This document shows positions 12,832-26,850 of a DNA stretch of 64,000 bases, piece by piece. The notes under the pieces were generated by a model. The model ran no database searches, was not told the DNA's origin, and saw only the letters and a list, made by a program, of their open reading frames with translations. This DNA is from Octopus sinensis (Eukaryota). Within the stretch, counting starts at the first letter, position 1, and each line of letters opens with the position of its first letter. Location of the stretch: assembly GCF_006345805.1 (NCBI RefSeq), contig NC_043001.1, positions 123,132,001-123,196,000 of the forward strand, read 5' to 3'. The translations under genes were made by a program, and so were the position numbers.

Positions 12832-13315
12832 TTACAAACAATTCTCTTGTGTGTTGACCTAAACCATTTTACAATATTTTAACAAGGGAAACAGCTTCAG
12901 AGATACGTATCAGTCTTGTCATGACCTCATCACAATGCTCAGACTTCACCGTACATACCAATGTATTAAGGAATAAATCAAGGAGTTTTCGTCAATTGAC
13001 GTAATGTAATAGGTATGTATCATGAATACTCGGTTTGGTTTACCATGAAAACCCCGGCTTCAGCCTCTGTCTTTTAATCATAACTACTCAGCACTATGTT
13101 TATATTTTCTATTCAAATTGAGTGTTTATCGAGCGATGCCAAATGTTTTCATTTTTTCTTTTTCTATTTTATACATACATATGTACGTACATACGTACAT
13201 GCACACACACACAGACACACACATTTTGCAAAAACTTGAAATATTGTGATTCAGTTTCAAATCTCCGACTTGCAAATAGAGAAAAATGAGTTTATACAAA
13301 TCATCTAATATTTAC

Positions 13316-13567
13316 ATTTAATATCGATGTCCATCGGATCGTGTCCATTACATTCATAAACGAAGGAAGTCTTTTCTTCACCATTAGCCGAATGACAGAT
13401 CTTCTTTTCTGTGACTGGACAATTGCTAAACTGGATGCGTTCTCCGGCACAGGTGATATTCGTGGCATTCTTTCCTGTAGCGACAGTGACGTTGCAAGAC
13501 CGGAAACGGAAGTCTTTATCGCCAGATTGAATCCAGGGTGACCAGGGACCCCACTTAGCTGAAGATT
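13316..13567 (-). CDS. Internal exon encoding an atypical thrombospondin type-1 repeat plus the start of another Cys-containing module
   Basis: Translation (E)SSAKWGPWSPWIQSGDKDFRFRSCNVTVATGKNATNITCAGERIQFSNCPVTEKKICHSANGEEKTSFVYECNGHDPMDIDIK(C): WxxWxxW, RxRxC and CxG motifs of TSRs. Acceptor attcttcttccacag|AA, donor T|GTAAAT; 252 nt, phase 1-1. Whether it belongs to the same gene as the FS exon is inferred from strand and phase only. Confidence 0.8.
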
Positions 13568-13831
13568 CTGTGGAAGAAGAATATATAAAAAAATAATAAA
13601 CAAACAAGTCTGCAGGCATTTATAAACATATATAAAATAGTGAGATACACATACAAATAGTTCAACGCTGACCATTTTAATAAGCCATAACGGTGAAACT
13701 CTATAGCAAAGAAAAAGTAAGTAACCTATTTTACATATATATATATATATATATATAGACTCTACAAAAGTATGGGTTTTCTTTACCTCTTATCCTATTA
13801 TCGCCCGATGATAAATATTAGAGTAATGTAT

Positions 13832-14030
13832 ATCATCATCATCATTATCATCATCATCATCATCATCATTTAATGTCCGTTTTCCATGCTTGCTTGGGTT
13901 AGACAGTTTGACTGCACCAAGATCCAGTCTATGGTTTGGTTTCTATGACTGGATACCTTTCCTAATGTCAACCACTCCACAAAATGTACTGGGTGCCTTT
14001 TTACGTGACTCCGGTACGGGTGTCTTTTAT
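13832..14030 (-). mobile_element. RTE-related SINE/LINE 3' fragment with (GAT)n tail
   Basis: catcatcattttaatgtccgttttccatgcttgcttgggttagac...ggatacctttcctaatgtcaacc next to (ATC)n; resembles RTE-type 3' ends (recognition from memory). Confidence 0.5.
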
Positions 14031-15801
14031 GTATCAAACATTGAAACAAAATCATAGATTTATTAGGAGATAGATATAATTTGATTGAATTGATCTCGAT
14101 CGTTGTGTAATATTTATTTGCCTAACGACTAAATGAGTAGTTCATACACTACTTAATCATAATAGTGTTTGAACTCAGAACCTAGTAGGACAAAAATAAA
14201 TGTTGTAAAACACTCATCTATTGATTTCACGACACTGCTTTATTATCACATTTTAAAATATCGATTTCAAATAAAGGCATCAAGCCTGAAATTGTTTTGT
14301 AGCAAATAGTCGAAGATTTCGGTCACGGTATTTAAGTGTTCCGATGTACGTAAGTTAAAGCTGATCTCGTCGGTATTTGGACAGAGAATGTTAAATATCC
14401 TAATTAAATACAGGAAGATATTTTGCCAACGATTTCACGACTGTGTCAATCGACCGCCTTTTATATAAAATTCTCAAAACAGTTTAACAACGTTGAAGAT
14501 CTTTTATTTTGTGAAGGGAAATCTATAAGACCTAGTCTATTAATGGTATTTATTTTAAAATGCAACGATGATGCTTAAAATTTCACTTGCTTAACAGTAT
14601 CCCAAACCCCAAGCATCACAATCCTATCTACATTCATATTAAATATCAAATAAATAAAGGAATAAGAAAAAAATGTTTGCTTTATAGCTGTGAAAGAAAA
14701 GTTTGTATTTTGACCAGTAACACTTCTCAGTAGGAAGTGAAAATACCAATGTTATTTTTAGTACTTCTGTAACTCAAACTATGAGATATTGCATCTTATC
14801 TACTCTATTCTTAGATAGTTTTCATGTTTAACAATTTCCAAATAATTCTAGAAATAGCAAGATTATATCGTTTGCTAACCTCAAAGCTACGATGACAGTC
14901 AAGCCTCTTGTGACATCGGCTATTACCTATTGTTAAAATAGTTATCAATAGAGGTGCTGTTCATTTCAGTAGAACGGTGTATGACTGATTTCTAATATAG
15001 GTCAAAGGCGTTTTATTTCGATATGGGGTATAATCGATAATACCGACCCCACTTCTTGACTGATACTATGGTCTTATCCTGATATTATATTTTATCAATA
15101 TCCGGGAGGATAAAATGCAAATTAACACCAGATCGTAAAGAAAATGGTCCAAGTACTACAAGGCATTGTGACCGGCTGTTTATCGTATTTTTCTTGCTAA
15201 TTCACTGTGCTGACGAATGTTTCATTGGTTTGTGAAACTGAATTCCAGTTCTCACATAGCACAAAGTACTGAAGTCAAGAGAGAATTAACTACACCACTA
15301 AAAACTACAATATGCAACAAGTACTCCTCTATTCTGCACCAATCGTAATATCACTGATATATTTATTATCATTACAACTAGTCTTAGCACCTTGAGCACA
15401 GTCATACGGCGACCATATTTTTAAATGCATAAAATCTGAATAAGAAGGCAACAAGTTACTAACCGTTCTTGTGTTTTTTTTAAAATCTGGATCGGCAGTC
15501 TTTCCTCGTTTTCCCGGCGGGCTCAGAACATCGAAATGTTTCGTAATTCATTTTTTAGTAATTGTTAAGTTAGTTAAGTTATTAGTACAAGAATTTAGTT
15601 GTCGATAACTTGTTGCAAACCGATTGATTTTACTCAGACAGTCAAGAAAATTTAGCTTGAATACTGTTGTACAGTGCATATTGCAAAATTGCAAAACCAA
15701 ATATTAGTAACGATGATATATATATATATATGTATTATATATAATACACACACATACATGTATGTATCGCATATGTATAATATATATATATACATATATG
15801 T

Positions 15802-15859
<58 letters not shown>

Positions 15860-16939
15860 TGTATCATATATATATATATATATATTATGTATGTTACATG
15901 CATATTTCTTAATTATATGTATGAATATAATTGTATATATACATACAAATATATATATATCTTTATGAATATATTTGTATATATACATGCAGATATATAC
16001 GTATATATATTTATATAGTACCCAGCTAAACTTACATGCGCAGACGCAAACATATACACATATACAACAATATATACGTGTGTGCGTGCGTGTCTGTGTG
16101 AGTGTTATTTTTAGTATGAATTAGTAAACATAACACGTTGTTTAGGTTGAGGTTAGTATAAATTATCTGTTAGCGTATAAAAATTGAAGTTAACAAGCAG
16201 GCAGGTGGAAAAATGATGTTTCATATATGTTCTCTAAATGTGATTTCATTTGCTATCAAACCCGTACCAAGTTTTTGCGATTAACGAAATTATCTGATTG
16301 CACAAGCATACTCAGTAAAGCTTAGCAAAATTGCTCTAGTTGCCAAGGGGAACTAAAAAGCAATGACGTTCAGGCTCTCAAACGAATTCGTTAACGATAT
16401 AAGGTGTTATGAGGAATTCAAAATCAGTAGAATTAGTGCAAGGCAGTAACGATTGCTTTTAGTAATGATGTAATTTGTAATGATGGTAGAAATACGAAAA
16501 CAGACAAACTTAGAAAGATATTGCACACAGAGGTCAATAGTTAAATTACTAATATCGTAATTGTAGTAAATTTCATCATGACATAGAGATGATTGCTATA
16601 TACACATGCGTGCATACATACATACTTAAAGACGGACAGATATGTTAATATATAACAAAACAAGAATAAGGCCACCAACAAAAAAATGTTTCAAATTTTC
16701 ACACAAAGCCAGCAGTTTTGAGGGGACAGAGGGTTAGTCGATTACATATGGGTGGCGATGCAAACAGGAAAAATAGAAATTCAAAATGTGAGTATGTGTA
16801 TAATTTTATTAATCTTTATCAGAAGCAAGAGTGACTCAGGGGCTGAGCGTTTCGCGCATTGGCACTTACCAAATTTGGTAAGTGCCAACGCACGAATCTC
16901 TCAGTCTATTGAATCACTCTTTTGCTCCTGCTAAAATTC

Positions 16940-17000
<61 letters not shown>

Positions 17001-18145
17001 ACACACACACACACAACACACACACACACACACACACACATGTATTCCTTGTTCATTGAAGTTAACTTCACAACACTTCCAATCTTAATGAGCAGGACTT
17101 CGAATTGTAGGTTATCAAGGAATATAATTATTCCATTAAATTTTGAAATATAATGTAAAAAAGAACCTCCGCAACCAAAAAAGAAATAAAAACAACCCAA
17201 AACAAAAACAAAACATAGGCAATAAATTTTACTTTCTATTTTCTACTAACTGACTGACTGCTTTCTCTCACTGTGATAGAACGAGTTTGCACATAAAGCA
17301 ATCCACAATAAGATAAAATTCGAATAAAAACTTTCTTCTGTGTGCAGAATATGATGGAAATAGCTGTCATTGTTTACCGGCTTTGTCTTTATTAGATGAA
17401 GTGAAATAATAAAACAAAGAAAAATACGCTCACGCAAGTACACACGCACACAGGAATAATAGATACACGCATTCATAAATATATTAATTCATACATGCAA
17501 GCATACATAGAAAAAAAACCATACGTACAGAAGTGTGCAATAGTTGACATGATGGAACTTATTTTTCATATAATTGTCAAAATACTTTGACTGAGACAAG
17601 GCACGGTTTACATGACAATGTACTTATACATACTATTACACACACACACACACACACACATGCATACACACACACACAGCTTATGCTGTACATGCATTAG
17701 CTTATATTACACATATATCGTTAGCACGCCATGTTACTGAAACTTTGTATATCACAAAATTTATGAAAAGGCATGCATAGAAAATGCCGTATACATCTTC
17801 ATAATTATATCCTTTCATACATTAATGCTATACATGATGCGTATAATGTATCAGGAAACTCGGAGTCATTGCCGTGAGTAATAACAATACTGTTTTATTA
17901 TTTACTCTCTATTTCTGCATACTCAGTAGTTTTCATTTTCTCTGTGAAATGAAACGCACATTCCTACACACATGAAAAGCAGTGCCTTTCCCAAGTGGCA
18001 AACCATCACCCGGTCGGGGTAAATGAACTTACTAACTTGTGATGATAGTAATTCTAGCAGCTTAACTACTAGGCCGTGTGCAATCATATTATTGCAGTGA
18101 TTAAAAAACAAAAGACATTCTGTGTATGAGTTTGTGTGCGTATGC

Positions 18146-18176
<31 letters not shown>

Positions 18177-18408
18177 TGTATGTATGTATGCATGCATGCA
18201 TGTATGTACATATTTATATATATATGCACATACATGTTCATTTATGTATATATATATGTAGATATATGGATATATATATATATATAAATATATAAATGTG
18301 CATAAATATATAAATATGTATAATATATAAATATGTAATGTATGTATGTATGTATATATATATATATATATATATATAGATATATATATATATATACATA
18401 CATACATG

Positions 18409-18482
<74 letters not shown>

Positions 18483-18544
18483 TGTATGCAACCATCCATA
18501 TATTTATGTGTGTGTGTGCGTATGAGTGTATGTGAGTGTATGTT

Positions 18545-18594
<50 letters not shown>

Positions 18595-19105
18595 AGAGAT
18601 AACCTTAAAAAATCGCTGAGTATGACAGATATATTTCAAACACTTGAAGAACTCCATGATAAGCGAGAAACAAATATATATTTATTGTATTCAGCATTTG
18701 TTTTAATAATATACATTCATCTATAATGTATATGACAAACATATATTTGTAGTTCTTTGTAATTTTTTCGTTGTAATATATATATAACACTCTTCTTGTT
18801 TGTATAGAATCTTTTTCATAGCTCGATTGGAAAAAGTCTCTGTTTATTTGTGTCTGTTAGCTGTGTTTGTCTACCTGTGTCTGTCTCCCTTTTGCTTACC
18901 CCGCTGGGTGTGAATACATACATACGTATATACATACATGCAAACATACATGCATACATACATACATACATACATTCATACATACATACATATATTGTAC
19001 GTATGCATGTATACATACAAAGATGCATAAGTACAAATATACTTTCATACATACAAACATAAATATACTCACACATGCACACACACACATGCACATACAC
19101 ACACA

Positions 19106-19147
<42 letters not shown>

Positions 19148-19890
19148 ATACATATATAAACTCACGCATAACGCAGCTAACCGGATGATAAGTATTTTAG
19201 AAGAACAAAGCATTATTTGCCTTACATGCCATGCAGTGTAGTATACAGCCACAACATAACGAACATATTATCATAATTAATGTATATTGTCATACTCCTT
19301 CATACATGTAATTAATACAACACAATATCTAGCCTAATGAATATATCATTATGTATTCATTAGGTTAGATATAATGCATGCCTTAAAGACACACACGAGC
19401 ATTCATAAGTAATGCAGCTGTATGCACGTGGTATGGTACAGTGTATATTAGAAAAACAACATGAAAACCTTATCATGTAAAGTATATTAGTATGATACAT
19501 GGATATATTAACATATATTAGTTTGTAAAGCTGATGTCATATCGTCTTACACACTCAAGCATAGTATTATAACCAGGCCTAAATACATGTATTTATGTCT
19601 ATATGTGAAACTATGTACATATGGTTGCTTATACATACATGTATATATGTATACACACACTCACACACACACACACTCACACACACCACATAAATATATA
19701 TATTTATATATATATATATGAATATATATATAAATAAATAAATATATATATATATATTATATATATATATATTTATATATATATTATATATATATATATT
19801 ATATATATATAAATAAATAAATAAATATATATAATATAATATATATATATATATAATATATAATATATAAATATATATATAAATATGTAA

Positions 19891-19923
<33 letters not shown>

Positions 19924-21660
19924 ATATGTATGTATGTGTGTATGTATGTATGTATGTATGTATGTATGTATACGCAACCATATGTAAATATCGTGCAATG
20001 GGGTCATGATTATAATATATTTATATAAAAATATACAAAATATATAATAATAGAAATTAATAATAGTTCAGTTATTGGGATTTCAATCAATAGATTTGTG
20101 GGTATTCCATTCAGTTAATGCAAAAAGAACATAACGAGTTTTTATTACGGAAAACTCGTGCTATTTATATGCACATCAAGAAATAATACTTGAGGATAAA
20201 ACCAGTACAATATCAGGGTATAAAATATACTACCTTAATTAGCCCTTACTTGAGTTAAAATTATAATTAGAAAGGAACTACACGTGTTTCTGTACTTGAA
20301 GATCAGAATATATGTAATCATCAGATTTATAATTCTACCAACACATCTAGCCATATTGATTAAATTGTGGGTTATATTATTGTTTAAAATTTAATAAATG
20401 TGGAACTTTTTAAGTAGGTGTGTATATTTAAGTGTGTCCCTTTTGGTAGCTATGTATAGGATGTGTCAGTAATTTTAGTTATTTTTGGTTTTTCGTTACT
20501 AGTATCCAGGTCCTTGGATATAACGATCATCAGCAGAATTTCGTATCCGATTATTGAGAATGTCTTCTGAAGATCGATGTGCTCGAATTCGTGATTATTA
20601 ACGTGAATGTGTGAAACAGAAGCATCTGTAGATACTATACAGACTCACACAAGCTACAAGAAAAACGGTTAACACACACATACACTCATGTACATACAGC
20701 CTGGCTAAGCCAGCCATCGGCCAAACATCGCACTTACAGCCACTCTGTTCTTCGTAAAAATATACTTCATTCTCCACATTTTTGAGAGCTTTTTTTAGTT
20801 AACACTTGTACATCGTTGTGTGTTGTGAGCAAAACACACACACTCGCACACACACACACGCACACACACATACATACATGAGCACACACATACACGAACA
20901 CACAGGCGTGCACACGAGCACATGCACATACATTTATATGTACATATATGAATGTACACACATATAAATAAAAATATAATAAACGTGAGGCTACAAACAG
21001 ATATTTATACACCTATACACTCATACTCGTTCGTGCATCCCCCACACAGACATATATACATACGAACATACATGGACACACACAGGCATGCGCACACACA
21101 TATGCATATACAATGTTACGTGTGTAAAACCTTGTCTACAAAGTAAATACTAAAATCTATTTCGAGTCCATAAAATACTCTTTCACTCTAAAACAATTCC
21201 AAGTCTTCTAATGGTGTTTTATATAGCACGATGATTTCATTATCCTCCGATTCCATTATTATGTAGTTCCTATGGTGACTGTAATTCCATCATATTTTTA
21301 TTCTCTCATTCCAATATACCATTATTCCATCAAAATATGAACAGGCCGTTCCCAGACTTCGTAAAGTTATATGACCCTGCCTCATGTAAAAATTGTTTTT
21401 CAAACACTTATATATACAACACATATACATGCATGTAATGTACACACACACACACACACACATCTACATTTAGGTTTACATATGTATGTTATATATGTCG
21501 ACACATGTATAATATTCACGCATTCCTATTGGTTTCATCACAGTTTCCGTCTATCCAGTGAGTAGAAAAAGGCTTAGGTCGATGCGAGGTTATGATAAAA
21601 ACAATTACCCAATATGCTATGTAAAGGCATTTAATCATAACAAAATACTATATATATATA

Positions 21661-22057
21661 GGCGCAGGAGTGGCTGTGTGGTAAGTAGCTTGCTAACCAA
21701 CCACATGGTTCCGGGTTCAGTCCCCACTACGTGGCATCTTGGGCAAGTGTCTTCTGCTATAGCCCCGGGCCGACCAAAGCCTTGTGATTGGATTTGGTAG
21801 ACGGAAAGAAGCACGTCGTATATATATGTATATATATATATATATGTATGTATGTATGTGTGTGTTTGTGTGTCTGTGTTTGTCCCCCTAGCATTGCTTG
21901 ACAAACGATGCTGGTGTGTTTACGTTCCCGTCACTTAGCGGTTCGGCAAAAGAGACCGATAGAATAAGTACTGGACTTACAAAGAATAAGTCCCGGGGTC
22001 GATTTGCTCCAGCATGGCCGCAGTCAAATGACTGAAACAAGTAAAAGAGTAAAAGAG
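21661..22057 (+). mobile_element. Near full-length tRNA-derived SINE family A
   Basis: Head ggcgcaggagtggctgtgtggtaag (A-box-like), GGTTCAGTCCC (B-box-like), internal TA/TG microsatellite, tail cagcatggccgcagtcaaatgactgaaacaagtaaaagag; homologous to 27.6 and 41.1 kb copies. Confidence 0.9.
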
Positions 22058-22229
22058 TATATATGTACGTAACACGCCCACACGAATATATATATCCGCA
22101 AGTACACACTCATCTTATTTTGTTATATATTCATGAATACAAACACATTTTCTTCTTTCTTTCTTTCTTTCTTTCTTTCTGTCCTTCCTTCTCTCTCTCT
22201 CTGTATATCTGTATATGTAGATATACAGA

Positions 22230-22490
22230 TATATGGCTTAGTGGTTAGGGTTGCACTCGCGATCGTGAGAGCGTACTTTCAGTTCCTAGAGCGGGTGGTG
22301 GTACTTTGTGTTCTTGAGCAAAACAACTCATCTCACATTGCTCTGCGATCACTTTGACGCGTGCCACGCAGAGCATCTGTTCAGACAATGTCGATCTGAT
22401 GGAGAGAGTGATCAAATGTGCAGCACGAACATTTGATCAATACAAACAAACCATTTGTGCAAGTCGTTCGGCAAAAGCTGAACGCTCATA
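22230..22490 (+). mobile_element. Old tRNA-derived SINE-like element
   Basis: A-box-like TGGCTTAGTGGTTAG followed by a decayed body (gttcttgagcaaaacaactcatctcacattgctc). Confidence 0.45.
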
Positions 22491-22539
22491 CGTCGTCTTC
22501 GACGAAAAAAAACATTATATATATGCCATGACAGATCGT

Positions 22540-22735
22540 TACCTCCTACATGAATTTCTTTTCTCTCCTTGTTGCTCTCCTTGTTTTTTTTCTGTGTATC
22601 TTTCTGTCGAAGAGCGTAGGCTCGAAACGTAAAAGACTTGTTTTATTTCTATTCCTGAGCGCCATACTAATACATTTGTTTGTTTGTACTCCACCTGCCT
22701 TCGTCTTTTGTTTATTTTCGTAAACTTTCCCGTTA
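22540..22735 (+). mobile_element. Short Penelope-like terminal-repeat fragment with hammerhead-like motif (22599-22636)
   Basis: TCTTT-CTGTCGA-A-GAGC gtag GCTC-GAA-ACGT-A-AAAGA; flanks homologous to the 2.7 and 62.5 kb copies. Confidence 0.65.
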
Positions 22736-22758
22736 TATATATATATATGTATGTATAT

Positions 22759-22814
<56 letters not shown>

Positions 22815-23008
22815 ATGTTTGTTTTTATGTTTAGTTCTATAGTTATAATTAAAACAATTTTACAGTACTCTGAAGGATGACCCTATACATTTGTAGACTA
22901 CAAGTATATACTTAAACAACTATGGTGTTGATAGTGGCTTCGAAGTTTCGATTAGATAATCCATCACCGGACTGAAATGCATTAGAATTAATCTTGACTT
23001 TATATACC

Positions 23009-23045
<37 letters not shown>

Positions 23046-23136
23046 ATATATTACATAGTCTATTGACTATTATTTCTTTCTCACTTGACCGCTGGTAGCG
23101 GAGAATTTTTCTAGAATTTTTTGCTACCCAAAAATG

Positions 23137-23200
<64 letters not shown>

Positions 23201-23593
23201 CACACGTAATATGTCAAACTATATATCTAACATGGATATTATATTTTGTGACAAATGTAGTTACACATACACATGCACACACGATATGCATATATGTGTG
23301 ATATTTTGTAAGACTCATACAATTACAGCCAACGTTTCCCACACAGACATACATATAGTGCTCCACCAACATGTCTATCATTTGAGAAAAGATGAAAATT
23401 TGTTTTTTGCTGAAATAACATATTTAGTTGTAAGAAAACTTATATTTTGTTTACAAGAACATATCACAGAAAGTACTGAAGACAACAAATAAGCAACGAA
23501 ATGTTTAAAAAAATAAAAAATGCACAAGAAAATCCAAATGATATTTTGATGTGATCATTTTGACACACCATCGTTTCAAAACTTATATCTATA

Positions 23594-23624
<31 letters not shown>

Positions 23625-23693
23625 ATATAATATATATATATATATATTATATATATATATATATGATATATATGTATATATATAAGTATATAT

Positions 23694-23733
<40 letters not shown>

Positions 23734-23781
23734 TATATATATATGTATATATGTGTATATATATACATGTATATATTATAC

Positions 23782-23825
<44 letters not shown>

Positions 23826-24299
23826 ATATATATATACATATGTATATATATATATATATAATATATATATATATATGTGTATAAATGTTTGTATGTATGT
23901 ATGTAAGTATGCATGTATAGGTGACAGTGTTTTTGCGTGTGTTTTAGTACACATGTATGGATATGCGCCTTTTGTGTGCGTGTACACGTTTGTATTTACT
24001 AATATTTGTTTATGATAGTGCTTATATGCTGTGTGTGTGTAAGTATGTTCATTATTTTGTTTTCTTTCCATTACATAGTCAACTGAATTTGAGGGACAGA
24101 ACAGATATCGCTTATAAGGCTTTGTAGATACTTGATGTAAACAAAATCGTTGTTGTAGTTGTTGATTGTCGCATTTGATGGTAATATAAGATGCAAATTT
24201 TTTCTAACAGAAAAAAAAATGTCTTAAAAAATAACATCGGATTCTATGTGCGAAGGTGGATCTCTTATAAGCGTTAAAGCACTAAACAATTTTCCCCTT

Positions 24300-24472
24300 G
24301 AGTCGTGGCTGTGTTGCAAGAGGGTTGCTTTCCAATCACATGGTTCTGGGTTCAGTCCCGCTCTGTAACATCTTAGGCATGTATCTTCTATTATAGCCTC
24401 GGGCCGACCCAAGTCCTTTGAGTGGATTTGGTAGACGGAAACTGAAAGAAGCCCGTCGTATATATATATATC
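24300..24472 (+). mobile_element. 5' half of a family-A-related SINE
   Basis: gtggctgtgttgcaag...ggttcagtccc...gagtggatttggtagacggaaactgaaagaagcccgtcg, ending in (TA)n. Confidence 0.8.
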
Positions 24473-26369
24473 CTTATAAAAAGCAAAGTTTGTACGTTGA
24501 CCGCTGAAAACACTAAATAAAATTGATAATATTTCAGGATTTCCGTGTCAATTAAACTAATTTGACCATTCTGCAGATGACCGTGCACTTATTTTCCGAA
24601 AATGGAATGCGGGGATATGTGTGTGAGCCATGTTGGTGGTGTTTTGGCCCCTATTTCTAGCAAACCATGTACTGTTTATTTCACTATAAAAGATACTCCA
24701 CCAATCACTCAATCCACTTCCAACTTTCTCTAAATTTATACATTACACTTATTCCTTTGATGTCGCCGCCAGACCTCTGCTTCCTCTCTGTCTAAATGTC
24801 GCTCTCTATGTCTCTATATCTCACACTATCTCGAAGCAAAAATCCTCACTGGATGTGGTAAGGGAGACATCGTATTTATACCTAGAATAGCGCTAATACC
24901 AGCAGATGTCTCCTTTCGTTTCAAACGATTGCAATTCCCAGTGAGACTCAGTTACGCATTGACCCATTAACAAGTCCAAAGGTCAAACACTGCAGGTTGT
25001 CGGTCTGCAACTAGACGAGTGCTGTTTCTCACATGGTCAATTGTATGTAGGTTGCTCCAGAGTAGGAACCCACAGAAACTCTTCATATATGCTTCCCCAC
25101 CCAACAAAGAAAGCTAAAAACATTGTATATACCAGTGCTTTGCAACCTTTTTCATTTGCGGGATACTTATATTGTTTTCAGAATTCGGCGGCACACCAGA
25201 ACTAAAAATTTGAAGGTTAGACATATCTTTACTTATCGTTCTCATAAAACGTTGAAGATAAGATCTACAGCTCTCTTTTATAGTCATCGCCTATGTTTTC
25301 AAATTATACTCATTCAAACAGACACTTTTCTTAATACATCAATGCGAGGCACGTTTTTATAATGAGGACATGGATAGTTGCCTTATTGATAGTGGAGTAA
25401 GTTTACACAGAATTTTTCGCTGTAGTGAAGTCTTTTTACAGGGGCAATGTACAAAACCTTTCCGTGGAGCCCACACCCAGAGATACGCAAGCAACTATTT
25501 TTCCCTAACGCGTTGTTTTTGACCATGACACTTAAAATTCTTGACTGTTATCAAGGTCTAAGAAGGCGCTATTCGAGCGCAAGAATATCTGAAGCTTTAA
25601 AAAAAGTCATGAAAATCTTCTCATGTGGCAATGTTGTATTCAAGTTGTCTTGTTGGATTCAGTGAAATTTTTACTAGACTAATAATTGACGCCCAGCCTT
25701 CATTAATGCCCTAACGTTTCGACACTGTCACTGGACTCAACATGATTATCGTAGTTATCATCAATACCGTATTTAATTATTATTTACCCTTACATTATTA
25801 TTTAATTATTATTTACATCTTACATCTTTCTCTTCCGGTACTGTAAATTAACAAAGTGGGCCACCATTCTTCTTTATATTGATTACATTTATTTTTCCTG
25901 TTTTATATATGTGTGTTTACAAGATTATTCTTTCTCCCTTTTCTAGGTCCCCTCCAGTTCAAAGGGATTTTGTGTAGTTGTTTCACCCATTCTCAAGACA
26001 AGAGATGACCATTTTTATTCAATAGTTTGGCCAGAAAAAGAAGGTCAAAGTTCTTGGTCTTTTCTTAAGGTTTCCGTGTTTGGTAGGAGAATAAGTACGA
26101 AACACAATTCAGTGGTTATTGCTGTAGTTGTATGCAGCACATCAAGATACTGTTAGCAACTCAGAATCAGTACCTCGAAAACATCTAAAAACCACATTAT
26201 CGTATTAAATCGAGTAAATGATCAAATCACCGATGCCAAAATATTTTAAGTATGTCTTAATCATTTAGGTTACCAAGACAACATTCTACGAAATATGGGA
26301 GGAGATAGCGAAAACTTGAATATCAGCGATCTGTTTATTGCTTGTTCTGAATGTCCAACTGTCAATGAC

Positions 26370-26850
26370 ACAATGACCATCAGTGTCATAGCGTCCACCT
26401 GTGCTTTAATGGCTATTAATGTCGTAATAGCCATCTATGTAATAATGTTTATCTGTGCCTTATTGACCATCTGTACTTTATTGTCCATTTATGACAACGA
26501 CCATTTGCACCAAAGTGTTTATCTATGCTTTAATGCCTAATGTGCCTTAATGGACATACTCTCCATCTATACCATAATATCCATAGTGCTTTTATATTCA
26601 TCTATGCCTTAATCTGTGCAATGTTGTCCACCAATGTCATAATGTCCATCTGTACCTTAATGTCCGCCAATACATAGTATCATTCTGTACGTTAATATCT
26701 ATCTGTAACATAATGCCTGTCTTTGCTATAACGTCCGTCTAACCATAATATCCATCTGTGCCATAATTTCCATTTGTGCCATAGTGTTCATCTGTGTGAA
26801 AGTGTCCTCGATACCATAACACCCATCTGTGCCATAATTTCCATTTTTAC
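26370..26850. repeat. Degenerate minisatellite (about 18-20 bp, tccatctgtgccttaatg-like)
   Basis: Recurring ccatct(a/g)tgcc(t/a)taat words throughout. Confidence 0.7.

Noticed and set aside
20480-20630. Protein-like minus-strand frames (e.g. EDILNNRIRNSADDRYIQGPGY*)
   Set aside because: Weak acceptors, no donor, no recognisable domain; compatible with chance.
25700-25750. GTCGAAACGTT hammerhead-like half on minus
   Set aside because: No recognisable CUGANGA box or stem I.
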